Below are positions 10,916 through 22,849 of a stretch of DNA of 53,762 bases, piece by piece (the first letter of the stretch is position 1; every line of letters starts with the position of its first letter). Both the position numbers and the translations under genes were made by a program. The DNA is from Octopus bimaculoides. Lineage: Eukaryota. Under the pieces are notes generated by a model. It worked only from the letters and a program-made list of their open reading frames with translations, did no database searches and was not told the origin of the DNA. The DNA lies in NCBI RefSeq assembly GCF_001194135.2, contig NC_068984.1, positions 3,091,548 through 3,145,309 of the forward strand, read 5' to 3'.

Positions 10916-11990
10916 ACCATACAAGATCTTCCTGAATTCTAAGGGCAAGTGTCCTCCCCAATACTTGTTCTGCGACTCACAGTTGTATACTTAGACCGGT
11001 GCCATCCACTATTGCCATTTTTGCCACTCTCATAATAGTCGAAAATCAGCACTTGTGTGTGCGCACCAGAAATTCTTGTCTCGCTAATGTCAACTATATC
11101 TATGTCGAGCGACCTGAGAACGTTGAGCAAGTGAACTTGCTTCCAAACTGATCCCACACTCTACTCTCTGCACAGTCATGTTCGTTGGAGAAGAAAAGGG
11201 GAATCTCGCTCACCATTTTCTCGAAGCTCGGATGTTCAGGACCTTTTTTCGCTATCATCTTTTTTAAAATACCCAACACTAGCAGGAATTTTCCTCCAAT
11301 TATTTTATACTCATCTTTCGGGACTTTGAGAATGAAATCCTAAACCCCCACCCCCCGAGCGCCCCTCTGTCGTAATTTTATTTTTACTATCATTTGAGTA
11401 TTCCATCAACTCACTTTTGCTTTTATTTACAACAGTGAAATTGATGGAGACTTGTTGTTTTTGTAGTCTCAGTTTTGGTCGTTGTGTATGGTCTCAGACT
11501 GTGGTTTTTGTGTTGATGTTATTGTGTCCTCGGAGTGGGGCCCGGTATCACCCACCTCTTTCACTTTTCCCCTTTGGGGACTATTTACCATGTTTCAGCC
11601 CGTTCTTCTTTTTCCATATCACTCACCCATGTCAGGAGACGGTGAAGTCTTAGTCTGTGGGTAGAGCATACTTCTCCGGACCACTTCGTGCCTACCTCTT
11701 GCTTGCGTTTACTCCTTTTTAACCCTACCTTTCTTGTCCCAGACAGTTCAATATCCTCCTTGTTACCACCAGAGGTGTAGTGATGGTACTAACGCACGTA
11801 TCTTCTGACCATCTTTATGCTGGAGATGTGGACCTCTCAGTTTCTTGTCGAATGTCGGCCCTCGGTTGTCACTGAGGAGGGCGCCATTTCGTTTGCTTCC
11901 ACCCGGTTACTCTCCAAACTGCTTCCTTTGGAAAGAGCTGCAGCAGCATCTTTGCTCATATTCTCTGCAGCCTGTTGATGGTGGCGTTGT
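10916..11990 (-). mobile_element. Decayed Tx1/L1-clade LINE: start of ORF2 (APE endonuclease) plus probable ORF1 tail
   Basis: WKQVHLLNVLRSLDIDIVDISETRI at about 11150-11070 resembles the APE N-terminal D-I-x-x-x-S-E-T motif; the ORF1 assignment of 11420-11990 is weak. Confidence 0.7.
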
Positions 11991-12139
11991 GTTCTCTCAC
12001 CGTTTCTGTTTATCATTCATTTAAAATTCTCCTTTCCTTCTCGCTTTTGTTATAGACACGTCATGATCCTGTGATTGTATTTCTGATAAATTCGGAAAAA
12101 TATTTTTGACATTGCTTATGTAAAGCTATTTATGGGATT

Positions 12140-12176
<37 letters not shown>

Positions 12177-12599
12177 CGCGTAATCGAGGGGCAAGAGTGA
12201 GGCTGGGCAGTAAAGGATAATCAGTGATCAGTTTCATATTACAACACAGTGTGAGGAGAATGTTATTGTGATTGAATTAGAATTTACAGTTGGGTGACTT
12301 GGGATCGAATGTTGACATTTTTAAATGAAGCTAAAAGTAGACACACACACACACACACACACACACACGTAGAGTTACACACATGCACACGTGTGCACGC
12401 ATTATCTGAATGAGAACAAACTCTGCTTGTGTTGATAAGGAATATCTGTTGATGTGAGCGTTGATTCTAATGATGACGAGACCGAAACTATTTCCTACAT
12501 TTTGTTTTCTTTCCTTATTTCCAGACCCAAAATATTTTACTTTCCACTCAATAATTCTCCGAAGGTTTTTTATCAGTTTACGCTACTTTATTTCCAGAA

Positions 12600-12900
12600 A
12601 TGTAGTCGCAGCGTCTCCTCCTCCCGCTCCTCCTACTCGCCCCCTTCCCCTCAAATCTATCGTGTTTGGCACGACAGAAAAATAGACTGAACTGTGTCAT
12701 GTCACATAAGATAACCTTCTTTCTCGTTTTGCTTTGTTTATGTTTTATTGTAATCATTCTTTCCTCAACTTGGTGCGATTCCGCAGTCTCCTTCTCCACC
12801 CACGTCCTCAGCCAATCAGCAGCGCCACCCCTCCCCTCTAGTTTTGCTTCCCCAGTCGACAGGAATGCAGCCGTGTTTCGAGAAACTTTATTTTTGAGTC
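12600..12900. promoter_or_regulatory. Promoter-like GC/CpG-enriched segment
   Basis: AGCCAATCA (CCAAT 12812-12816), CACGTC, local CpG enrichment, no repeat similarity recognised. Confidence 0.3.
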
Positions 12901-13155
12901 ATTTAGGTGTAGTCGTCAGCTTGGAATGTCAACCAACTGATGATAAGCCGAGATATCGAATACTGCCGTTGATATATACATACATATATATATATATATG
13001 CATAATACATACAAACATATATATACATATATCTGTTGATTCACCAGAAGCGATAAATTACGGGAAGAAATATGCATTTTCAAAACTGAGAGTAACTCAT
13101 TACCGAAGATTGGAACCTTTCAGCTATGGTATATATGCATATGTGTATGTTTGTG

Positions 13156-13202
<47 letters not shown>

Positions 13203-13272
13203 GTGTTTATATAAATATATGCACTTTTGCATTTACATATACATACATGATGCATATATATATATATATATA

Positions 13273-14224
13273 NNNNNNNNNNNNNNNNNNNNNNNNNNNN
13301 NNNNNNNNNNNNNNNNNNNNNNNNNNNNNNNNNNNNNNNNNNNNNNNNNNNNNNNNNNNNNNNNNNNNNNNNNNNNNNNNNNNNNNNNNNNNNNNNNNNN
13401 NNNNNNNNNNNNNNNNNNNNNNNNNNNNNNNNNNNNNNNNNNNNNNNNNNNNNNNNNNNNNNNNNNNNNNNNNNNNNNNNNNNNNNNNNNNNNNNNNNNN
13501 NNNNNNNNNNNNNNNNNNNNNNNNNNNNNNNNNNNNNNNNNNNNNNNNNNNNNNNNNNNNNNNNNNNNNNNNNNNNNNNNNNNNNNNNNNNNNNNNNNNN
13601 NNNNNNNNNNNNNNNNNNNNNNNNNNNNNNNNNNNNNNNNNNNNNNNNNNNNNNNNNNNNNNNNNNNNNNNNNNNNNNNNNNNNNNNNNNNNNNNNNNNN
13701 NNNNNNNNNNNNNNNNNNNNNNNNNNNNNNNNNNNNNNNNNNNNNNNNNNNNNNNNNNNNNNNNNNNNNNNNNNNNNNNNNNNNNNNNNNNNNNNNNNNN
13801 NNNNNNNNNNNNNNNNNNNNNNNNNNNNNNNNNNNNNNNNNNNNNNNNNNNNNNNNNNNNNNNNNNNNNNNNNNNNNNNNNNNNNNNNNNNNNNNNNNNN
13901 NNNNNNNNNNNNNNNNNNNNNNNNNNNNNNNNNNNNNNNNNNNNNNNNNNNNNNNNNNNNNNNNNNNNNNNNNNNNNNNNNNNNNNNNNNNNNNNNNNNN
14001 NNNNNNNNNNNNNNNNNNNNNNNNNNNNNNNNNNNNNNNNNNNNNNNNNNNNNNNNNNNNNNNNNNNNNNNNNNNNNNNNNNNNNNNNNNNNNNNNNNNN
14101 NNNNNNNNNNNNNNNNNNNNNNNNNNNNNNNNNNNNNNNNNNNNNNNNNNNNNNNNNNNNNNNNNNNNNNNNNNNNNNNNNNNNNNNNNNNNNNNNNNNN
14201 NNNNNNNNNNNNNNNNNNNNNNNN
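13273..14224. other. Assembly gap (largest; others include 5303-5725, 8508-9048, 18351-18599, 24866-25457, 34501-34902, 39085-39602, 42003-42126, 46817-47591, 52935-53337)
   Basis: N runs, mostly flanked by microsatellites. Confidence 1.
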
Positions 14225-14244
14225 GCCCGCGCTCTTAAACACTA

Positions 14245-14330
14245 CGCCATACAAGATGAGGACAAATATCCGTCAAATGTAAAAAATGTAAATAATGTAC
14301 ATAGTTCTTCATCTCTCAAATATAGAACTG
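14245..14330 (+). mobile_element. Fragment of the Penelope-like repeat also at 31957-32118
   Basis: acaagatgaggacaaatatccgtcaaatgtaaaaaatgtaaataatgta is nearly identical to the reverse complement of 31960-32010. Confidence 0.8.
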
Positions 14331-14331
14331 T

Positions 14332-14515
14332 CTTTAGGGATAGTTCCCAATGCACCTATAATTACTGGAATACATTTTACTCACATTTTCCATAGTCTCT
14401 GTAATTCAATCGTTTCGTCCTGGTACTTGGCTATTTTCTCTTTACCTTCTCATATTGACTTTCTCATCATTTGGGACTGTAAAGTCAATTATCTGGCACT
14501 TTCTTTCCTCTTTGT

Positions 14516-14550
<35 letters not shown>

Positions 14551-14733
14551 GCAGCTGCTGCTGCTAAATCGGGCCTTCTGGCTTGTATTATTCTGTCCGT
14601 CTGACTGTCGAAGTCCTATACATCTTGTACTTCTTTATTTCTAGTACTTTACTAGGTTCATGTTCATACCATTTATCAGTATGGTCAAATCCTAGCTTTC
14701 TACATGACTCCCAGTGGGTTACTCTTCCTATTA
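14332..14733 (-). mobile_element. Decayed R4/Dong-clade non-LTR retrotransposon, restriction-like endonuclease region
   Basis: Frameshifted translation HWESCRKLGFDHTDKWYEHEPSKV / DFDSQTDRIIQARRPDL / DKEERKCQIIDFTVPND / KEKIAKYQD / LWKM*VKCIPVIIGALGTIPK, including the RPD...D..K motif. Confidence 0.88.
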
Positions 14734-14785
14734 TCATCATTGTTGTTGTTGTTGTTGATGTTAATTCAGTATGAACTAAAACCTG

Positions 14786-14866
14786 TTCTTTTTTTCTTTT
14801 CCAGGTGAGTAAATGCCGATTCTGTAACCTTGTTAACAAATAGGTGTTAATGACATCGCGGTAAGA
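14786..14866 (+). promoter_or_regulatory. Candidate recursive splice site with 56-nt RS-exon
   Basis: TTCTTTTTTTCTTTTCCAG|GTGAGT at 14804/14805; second donor GTAAGA at 14861. Confidence 0.45.
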
Positions 14867-15719
14867 CCTCCTCTCTGTCCTTCATTTTCAGATTTATTCT
14901 ATCTATTTCTAGCAAATATTTTATTATTACTCAACTCCCATTATAACTTTGCTATTTTCACTGATCTTGTGACAAGAAATCAATATTTATCATCAATCAA
15001 TGAGTAATCGATGTCAAACAAACTTGAAAAATTCTCTTACATAAACACTTTAACAAGTTTAGTGAGTTAGTATTGGCTATCGATTAGCTGCAGATTGATT
15101 GAGAAATGTAGAACTAACTCTAATATACGTTAATAAATTTATTTAAATATCGAAATGTTAAACCGTCTGGAATTCGAATACTGACACGACCCTTAATAAA
15201 TAAATAAATAAAAAATGCTTGCGATGGAAGCAACGCTTGATCTGGTTCTAGAATTGTTGCGGCGTCCAGATATTCCTTTCAACTCTAAGTCTGAGGAATT
15301 GGAAACTAAAGAAACTGTAAATAACTCTAACAGTTACAGATTCAGTCTTATTCCGTGAAATCCAGACTGGCATAAATGATTTATCTGAGTCTTCCTTCAT
15401 CTTTCTCTAAATGTGTGTGTGTGTGTGTGGGGGGGGAGTGTGTGTGTGTGTGTGTGTGTGTGTGCTTGTGTAGATAGATCAATAGATAGGCAGACATGCA
15501 AGTAGATAGGTAAGAGATTGGTAAATAGATTGTTAGGCACATATTTATTGATAGATAGATAGATAAATAGATAAATCGGTAGATAAATGGATGGGTAGCT
15601 AGATCGATAATTGGACAGGCAGATCAATAGGTAATAAACAGAGATAAATATCCAGACAAATGAGTATGAAGAATATTAGGTTGGTCGATCGATTGATAAA
15701 CAGATAGAGAGAGAGTTAG

Positions 15720-15777
15720 ATAAATGGATAGACAGACAGACAAACAGACAGACAGATAGACAGACAGACAGACAGAC

Positions 15778-15846
<69 letters not shown>

Positions 15847-15848
15847 GA
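15720..15848. repeat. (AGAC)n/(AGAT)n compound microsatellite
   Basis: Read directly. Confidence 0.95.
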
Positions 15849-18599
15849 TCCTATTCTTTCTAAAACGAGTAGCTCTCTTCACCATTTATTTAAAACTGAA
15901 ATCATGTATTGCAATCTTTCGCTCAGGTTGTATTGTCGCAAGTAATACCTATAATATTAAATTGAAATTCTATATTGTATAGAGATTTATATCAATATTG
16001 AAATCAATCATTTCTAAATATCTAACTTTAATAATACCAAACATGATTGCTTTATATCGAATTAGACTATTTCCCAATTCATATATTTCCCCAAAGAATA
16101 AAAAGAAGTAGAAACACATTTTTCATAAAGTTATAACGTCTACATTCGATTAAGTTTCTTTTAAATATCAGCGGAGTCACCAGCGGAGAAAATTAGATGA
16201 AGTTTTTAGTAAAATTATATTTATAATCCATTGACTGACTAAATTTCGAAGTCCGTTCTGTTTCTATGTCTCTTTATTCCTGAATTATATAATCGTTGCT
16301 GTTGGTCAGACTGATGCTCATCAGACTTATGGTTACGTCAGTTACAACATACGAACGGAGATAAGTGTCTGTTGCTGCTGAAAACTATGGATCTGTTGTT
16401 AAGAATATTATTTGCCATATTTGAATACTTCTGGCGATCGTCGTTAAGAGATAGTTAATATTGTTTCCATGGGATTGTCTGTAGATGAGTTCAAATACCG
16501 TCGAATTCACTTCTCCCACTCCTAGGACCGATACAATAAGGTCCCCTCCCGTTCATGGTTGTTGGACTTGTACCTAAATGGAAAAGAATTATGTTGTCTG
16601 TGATCTTTGATGTTATTTCAAGTTGGATTTTCCTAACCACGTGCATTCTCCATCTATCAGTTATTTTTCATTTCTTGTACTCTATATATCCCCACTTTCA
16701 CAGCGCATGCGCATACACACACACACACATACACACACACACACACACGCATAAACACACACACACACACACGCACAAATATACTTAGGTGTTATATTTA
16801 TTCCACTGTTTATAGCTGTTTCCATAATATATGGTGGATAAATCATATAACTGAAGACATGGAAGAAAGCAATAATACTGTCATATTTATTACATAATCT
16901 TTATTATATAATAATTCATCCCCACCCCCAAATAATCTAGTCATAACCCACGTGACTAAATAAATACATTATTTATTTCATGTTGTGTCTGTAAGTTGAC
17001 ATTAGCTCTGCCTTTCTATTCCTTATATTTTTACAGGGAAACAATTTTCTAGCCACATTGCTTATAGTACATACAATATGGTTGTAATATAATGCAATAC
17101 AATTTAATAAAATAAAATTTACATTGGTATATGAGGAATTGTTCCACTCGCAATTTTCCGATGTCTAAACGTATCCGATGCAGTTATGATGATACATATT
17201 TCCGGAAATGTAACTCACATAGCTGTCCAATAATATCAAAACACTTGCTCCATTAGAACTACATACAAGATAGTATCCAATGAAGCATGCAGAACTTGAG
17301 TGGTTTTCTTAAATTCAAAAGCAGGAATGCCTCGATACATCTAAAAATAACGAAGCCATAAATGCAACATTCCGATTAAAATTCCTTCGAATTCCCATTC
17401 AGCCGAGCAGATACTGTTATATATAACAACGTACAGAAACAATAGTATTGCGATTTCAGCTGTAATTCTTCGATTTATAAGTTGAATGCTTTTAATTTGA
17501 TAACAACAGCATATATTTATGTAGAAATATTGAAAAGACCATCTCAAAATAGAAAAAAGGCCGGTTGAAATGGAATTGTTGAAGGCCAATACCTCCATGA
17601 ATCAGCACTTGCCTTAAAACGTTGTTTTCTCAACAGTAACAATAAATTAGGATACTTTTATAATTAAGACTGATTACTTTAATGATTTTGACTGAAATCA
17701 GTTAAATGTAAATTGGATTGATATCTGCCAAGCTCTGAGAATTGATATGAATAGCAAAAACTGTAAAAACAAGCAATTTTCTTAAGAATTCACAAGTTTC
17801 ACCTTTTAAAGATACAATAGTGTTTCACACATAGGTAATATGGTGAATGTGTAACATAGGCACACACACATTTATATATATATATATATATATATCGATA
17901 TACAGCAGTCATGCTGCAGAACGGTTCAGTGAACAGAGAGTAAACGTCCGCAGTTGTGTTGAAATCAAACATGGCTCCTTCATGTCTTTCGCTCACTCGG
18001 TCACCAAGTCCGTTTCACACGGATCTCAGTAGTTATTAACAAAATTTATTCTAATTCATATAAAATTATGTCGTTCTTCTTGTTATTGTAATTGATATTA
18101 AAGTAGCAAATTGGTTGATGGGAGTGAGCTGGTGTCACCATTTGTGCCAACTGAACCGGCGGCGCCACAAGTCTGAGACGGTGAGAAGACAACATCTTTC
18201 TGAATATTAATTATTAAATTACTTATACCCATCGAAGACTGCGTTATTGTTATTGAGTTTGTTTCCATAAAGCAGTCGCTAGTAAACCTTTCTAATCCCA
18301 TCCCATATCAACTGAAATCGTCTGATATGATTATACAAATATATATATATNNNNNNNNNNNNNNNNNNNNNNNNNNNNNNNNNNNNNNNNNNNNNNNNNN
18401 NNNNNNNNNNNNNNNNNNNNNNNNNNNNNNNNNNNNNNNNNNNNNNNNNNNNNNNNNNNNNNNNNNNNNNNNNNNNNNNNNNNNNNNNNNNNNNNNNNNN
18501 NNNNNNNNNNNNNNNNNNNNNNNNNNNNNNNNNNNNNNNNNNNNNNNNNNNNNNNNNNNNNNNNNNNNNNNNNNNNNNNNNNNNNNNNNNNNNNNNNNN

Positions 18600-18676
18600 A
18601 ACCACTAAGTTACGGGACGCAAACACACCAGCATCGGTTGTCAAGCGATGGTGGGGGGACAAACACGGACACACAA

Positions 18677-18721
<45 letters not shown>

Positions 18722-18872
18722 CGACGGACTTCTTTCAGCTTCCATCTGCCAAATCCACTCACAAGGCTTTGGTTAGCCCGAGGCTATAGCAGAAGACACT
18801 TGCCCAAGGTGCCACGCAGTAGGACTGAACCCGGAACCATGTGGTTGGTTAGCATGCTACTTACCACACAGT
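18600..18872 (-). mobile_element. SINE family A, 3' end lost in gap
   Basis: Both halves and the internal (CA)n(TA)n are present on the reverse strand. Confidence 0.92.
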
Positions 18873-18887
18873 CAATGTATATATGTA

Positions 18888-18918
<31 letters not shown>

Positions 18919-19104
18919 GTGTGTCCCATTTCAGTGATACAATATAGTTTATCCTACGCTTTGCTTTTAACAATAAATAATTACTGCCACCCTACTGCCC
19001 CTATTCTGTAAGATGGAAGCAACAGAGAAAGAAAATGGCTTCTTACATGAATGATGCCAAAACTTATAATACATTATATGATGGTTTCACATTATATGAT
19101 GGTT

Positions 19105-19308
19105 TCACATTTTGGCCAGAAATTTCGGGAGAGGGGGGCAAAGTCGATTACATCGACCCCATTCCATTGTTCAACTTGTTCATATTTTGTTGACCTCGCA
19201 AGGCAAAGTCGACCTTCACGGAGTTGGAGCTTAGAACATAAAGACGGACGAAATGCCGCTAAACATTTTGTCCGGCGTGATAACGATTCTACCAACTTAC
19301 TGCCTTAG
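19105..19308 (-). mobile_element. SINE family B, preceded by an 18-nt tandem duplication at 19071-19106
   Basis: gtcgattacatcgacccc, ggcaaagtcgac, ccggcgtgataacgattctacc. Confidence 0.88.
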
Positions 19309-19684
19309 TAATATATTGTAATATATTATATGTTGTATTGTATTACCCGCCAGGTAATTTAAACCCTACTTGGTATCAGAAAATATATTTATTGAGATAT
19401 TCGTCAGTGTTTCTGACTAAAAACATCGACTTGGAAGATCGAACCTGACGAAGTGGAGCAATGTATCTACTGTGCAGCAAGTGGTTTTTGTGCTTTACTT
19501 TCTAGTCAGGAGAAAGGGGCCGTGCCTGCGACCCATCGTAGGGCTTCCAAGACTATGGAGGGTCGGGTGACGGGTGTAAACTCTCCTCAAAGCGGAAATC
19601 TGACCCGGATGCTTGCAACAGGTGGATTCTGCTAAAAACAGCCAAAGTGGTGCTATCGAACTGATTAATGGATTAATCTACCAC

Positions 19685-19890
19685 GTTAAGTTGGCCATGA
19701 TTTGAACGCAGAACGCAAAGAGCCGAAACAAACACCGCAAGGTATACGGTTCCATCAACTCACTACCCTCTATTTTTACTTTTTTATTCTTATCGATCCC
19801 GAAAGAATGAAAGACAAAGTTGACTGCTGTCGGATTTGAACTCAAATTGCAAAGCAATTTGTCCGGCACTCTAACAGTTCTACCACCTTA
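19685..19890 (-). mobile_element. Two adjacent diverged SINE family B fragments
   Basis: atttgaacgcagaacg at about 19700; tatcgatcccgaaagaatgaaagacaaagttgac at about 19790. Confidence 0.65.
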
Positions 19891-20094
19891 TCCTTATATC
19901 AAGTACATACATACATACATACATACATACATACATACATACATACATACATACATACATGTGTGTATGTGTATTTACACGTATAGATATATAAATATAG
20001 AGAAGAAAGGATGATGAAATATGTGTGTGAAAGAGAGGGGGAGGGGGAATTGTACATAGGCATATAGTTGTCCGTTTGTTGAAATCCAGGCGAT

Positions 20095-20175
20095 TAATAA
20101 ATCCCTCATTCAACTAATAAATCCCTCATTCAACTAATAAATCCCTCATTCAACTAATAAATCCCTCATTTAACT
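20095..20175. repeat. 20-bp minisatellite x4 (aataaatccctcattcaact)
   Basis: Read directly; last copy has one substitution. Confidence 0.95.
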
Positions 20176-20711
20176 GGAATCAAATTCATCAATTGTGAAC
20201 AGATCTATTAAGCTAGTGAATTATTAACTAATTATGAACAGCTGCGTTCATAAATTCATCCATAATTAATAGTCATCAAGTATCTTATGGATGAATCCAT
20301 AAACTGACTTAGCAAAGCGTTATTGTTATATTTCACTCACTCATCAGTCATGGGACATTAATCACATTAACCAAACCTGGCGTCGAACGAAATAATAAAA
20401 TTAAGCTAACAGGAAAAACCAATATCATATACTTAACGGACTTGTCAATGTCTACATATGGTGGTTCAAATTGTTAGAAATAGCAAGCGAAACTCTCCCA
20501 CATCATTCTGTTATCTTAGAAATAAGGAGTGACAGATTGGACAATGTGATCCTAATATACAGACGAGCTCGTCATTGTTGGATCGGATTTGTTGATAGAT
20601 TTCTTTTGACCAAGATTGAATTGGGGTATATCAACATTAGCTGGTCAAACGGGAAAAAAAAAACAATTAGACTTTCAATAAGGGTCACGTTTTGTTCATA
20701 TTTAGGTTACT

Positions 20712-20762
<51 letters not shown>

Positions 20763-20772
20763 TTCGAACAAA

Positions 20773-20974
20773 CAGAAGCGTTAGCACGTCAGGCAAAACG
20801 CTTAGAAGCATTTCGTCTGTCTTTACGTTCTGAGTTCAAATTCCAACGAGGTTGATTTTGCCTTTCATCATTTCGGGGTCGGTAAAATAACTACCAGTTG
20901 AGCATTGAAGTAGTTGTAATCGACAAGTCCCCTTCCACCAAAATTTCATCCCTTGTGCCTTTAGTAGAAAGGAT
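20773..20974 (+). mobile_element. SINE family B with (ATT)n tail, preceded by (CAT)n
   Basis: ctttacgttctgagttcaaatt...ttttgcctttcatc...ccttgtgcctttagtagaaagg. Confidence 0.9.
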
Positions 20975-20975
20975 G

Positions 20976-21035
<60 letters not shown>

Positions 21036-21369
21036 GTGTGAGAGAGCAGTATACATCAAAGTGACGCTGGGGGACAAATATACGAAGCCCAGTATACCCA
21101 TCATGACTACCCATCTGATAAGGGTGCACCAGGCACATGCATCATGATCACATGGTGACCACAAATCGCGATGAAAAGCATCTGACCTTGCATGTAGGGC
21201 CTTGTCGAGTAGCGTACCCCGCTCAAAAGGTTCCTGAACAAAGATCGTTTAAAGATGATGAACGAAACACTCCTGTTTCCATGGGGGAATTATTAAAACC
21301 CCAAACAATTCTTCTCAACATATGGCTATGATGCCTCCCTACCCCCACTATTCCTGGCCATGATCAGAG
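21036..21369 (-). mobile_element. Retroposon family F (SINE or LINE 3' end) with (AAT)n tail
   Basis: Non-simple segment whose reverse-strand end runs into the TAA tract; single copy here, family recalled not searched. Confidence 0.5.
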
Positions 21370-21610
21370 TGTGTGTGTGCGCGTGCGTATGTCTTTGTGT
21401 CTATGTTTGTCCCCCACCACCGCTTGACAACCGGTGTGGGTGTTTTTACATCCCTATAACCTAACGTTTCGGCATTAGAAGACCGATAGAATAAGTACCA
21501 GGCTTTAATAAGAAGTAAGTTCTGGAGTTGATTCATTCGACTAAAACCTCTTCAAGGCGGTGCCCCAGCATGGCCGCAGTCTAATGGCTAAAACAAGTAA
21601 AAAATAAAAG
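21370..21610 (+). mobile_element. SINE family A, 3' half
   Basis: tttgtcccccaccaccgcttgacaacc...gaccgatagaataagtacc...cagcatggccgcagtc. Confidence 0.9.
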
Positions 21611-21611
21611 G

Positions 21612-21745
21612 CACCCCAGTACTTTATTTTATAGACCCCAAAAGAATGAAAGGTAAAAACTAACCTTGACGTTATTTGCGCTCAAAATGTCAATGGCCAA
21701 AGTGACTACAAGGAATTTTATCCAACGCTTTAATGATTCCACCAT
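21612..21745 (-). mobile_element. Highly diverged SINE family B fragment
   Basis: cagtactttattttatagaccccaaaagaatgaaagg. Confidence 0.5.
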
Positions 21746-22015
21746 TCAAACATAGCTGATGGGGACGGGGTGTGGGTATAAAGCCCTCTTCACTCTTAAG
21801 ACCAAAATCTCAAGATATTGCTTGAACTGATTCCCATAAGAGAGAGAGAGAGAGAGAGAGAAATTGTACTGTGTTAGAGGCTATGCTAGAATAACTAAAA
21901 TAATTCTTTCAAGAATGAATTTCGGAGTTTATATTTTTGCCTCAAGTCACCTGTATCTTTGTAGTTTGCTGCTTATATAATTCCTGCTACCTATACATTT
22001 ATATCATTTGTTACT

Positions 22016-22053
<38 letters not shown>

Positions 22054-22849
22054 ATACTTCATGTTGTCTTTTGTATTGCTTATTTATAGTTTATTGAGTA
22101 TATATTTATACTTCAGGCTGCCTATACATTTACAGTTCTCGCTGGTTATATCTTTGTATTTCATTCCTCTACATTTCAACGTCACATGACTGGTATTTGG
22201 AGAATTTAATAAGATTGCCACTGATGTAATACTTCTAACGGGGCTTGGAGCATTGAACTTCTGATCGACTTTCTATCGACACAACCTGCTATGATTCATT
22301 TTCAATCACGTACTAAAGCCTTGTTAACAAAACATTAGACTGTTTTACAGTTTCAGTTGATAAGCGTTGCCACACAGATTTTATGTGAATGTCGAATGAA
22401 ACTTGTCTGTTTGATTGACATAAAAAATAACTTCGACTGTGATGTTGTGTCAGTATTGCAATTTAGATGAAAGAGTTAGCAATAAAGCAATGAAATCTCG
22501 ATGACAAAATAGGATAAACTGGAGAAATAGTTGGAAATAAGTACAAAAATAGGAAAAGTGTTCGCTAGAATCTGAATTCGTTTTACTTTTTATGAGCCTC
22601 TAATTTCCAGTGAGTGATTCCCTATAAAATTGTCATCTTCTCCGTTTACAATCACATCAAATACAATTTATATCACTATCCTTAACCTCATTACAATAAA
22701 GCTTTCCCTCGATCGCTGGCAATGGTCTGAAGGTTTACTTTTTAATTGCAAAGTTTATTAGTTTCTTTTTTTCTGTTTCTTTGTTTTTATGTGAGTTATT
22801 GGTCAACTATTTTAGCTGCTGTCCTGTCAGGTCAGAGAACAGACAATGG

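Noticed and set aside
12930-12972. Hammerhead at CTGATGA...GAATAC
   Set aside because: GAAA broken and no credible stem II
12666-13214. 182-aa ORF with hydrophobic N-terminus
   Set aside because: TTG start, runs into TA/TG repeats, no domain
16868-16890. miR-8-like TAATACTGTC
   Set aside because: Match ends after 11 nt and there is no hairpin
18098-18301. Possible exon (KDVVFSPSQTCGAAG... on minus, or 18107-18180 on plus)
   Set aside because: Strand ambiguous and no homology recognised
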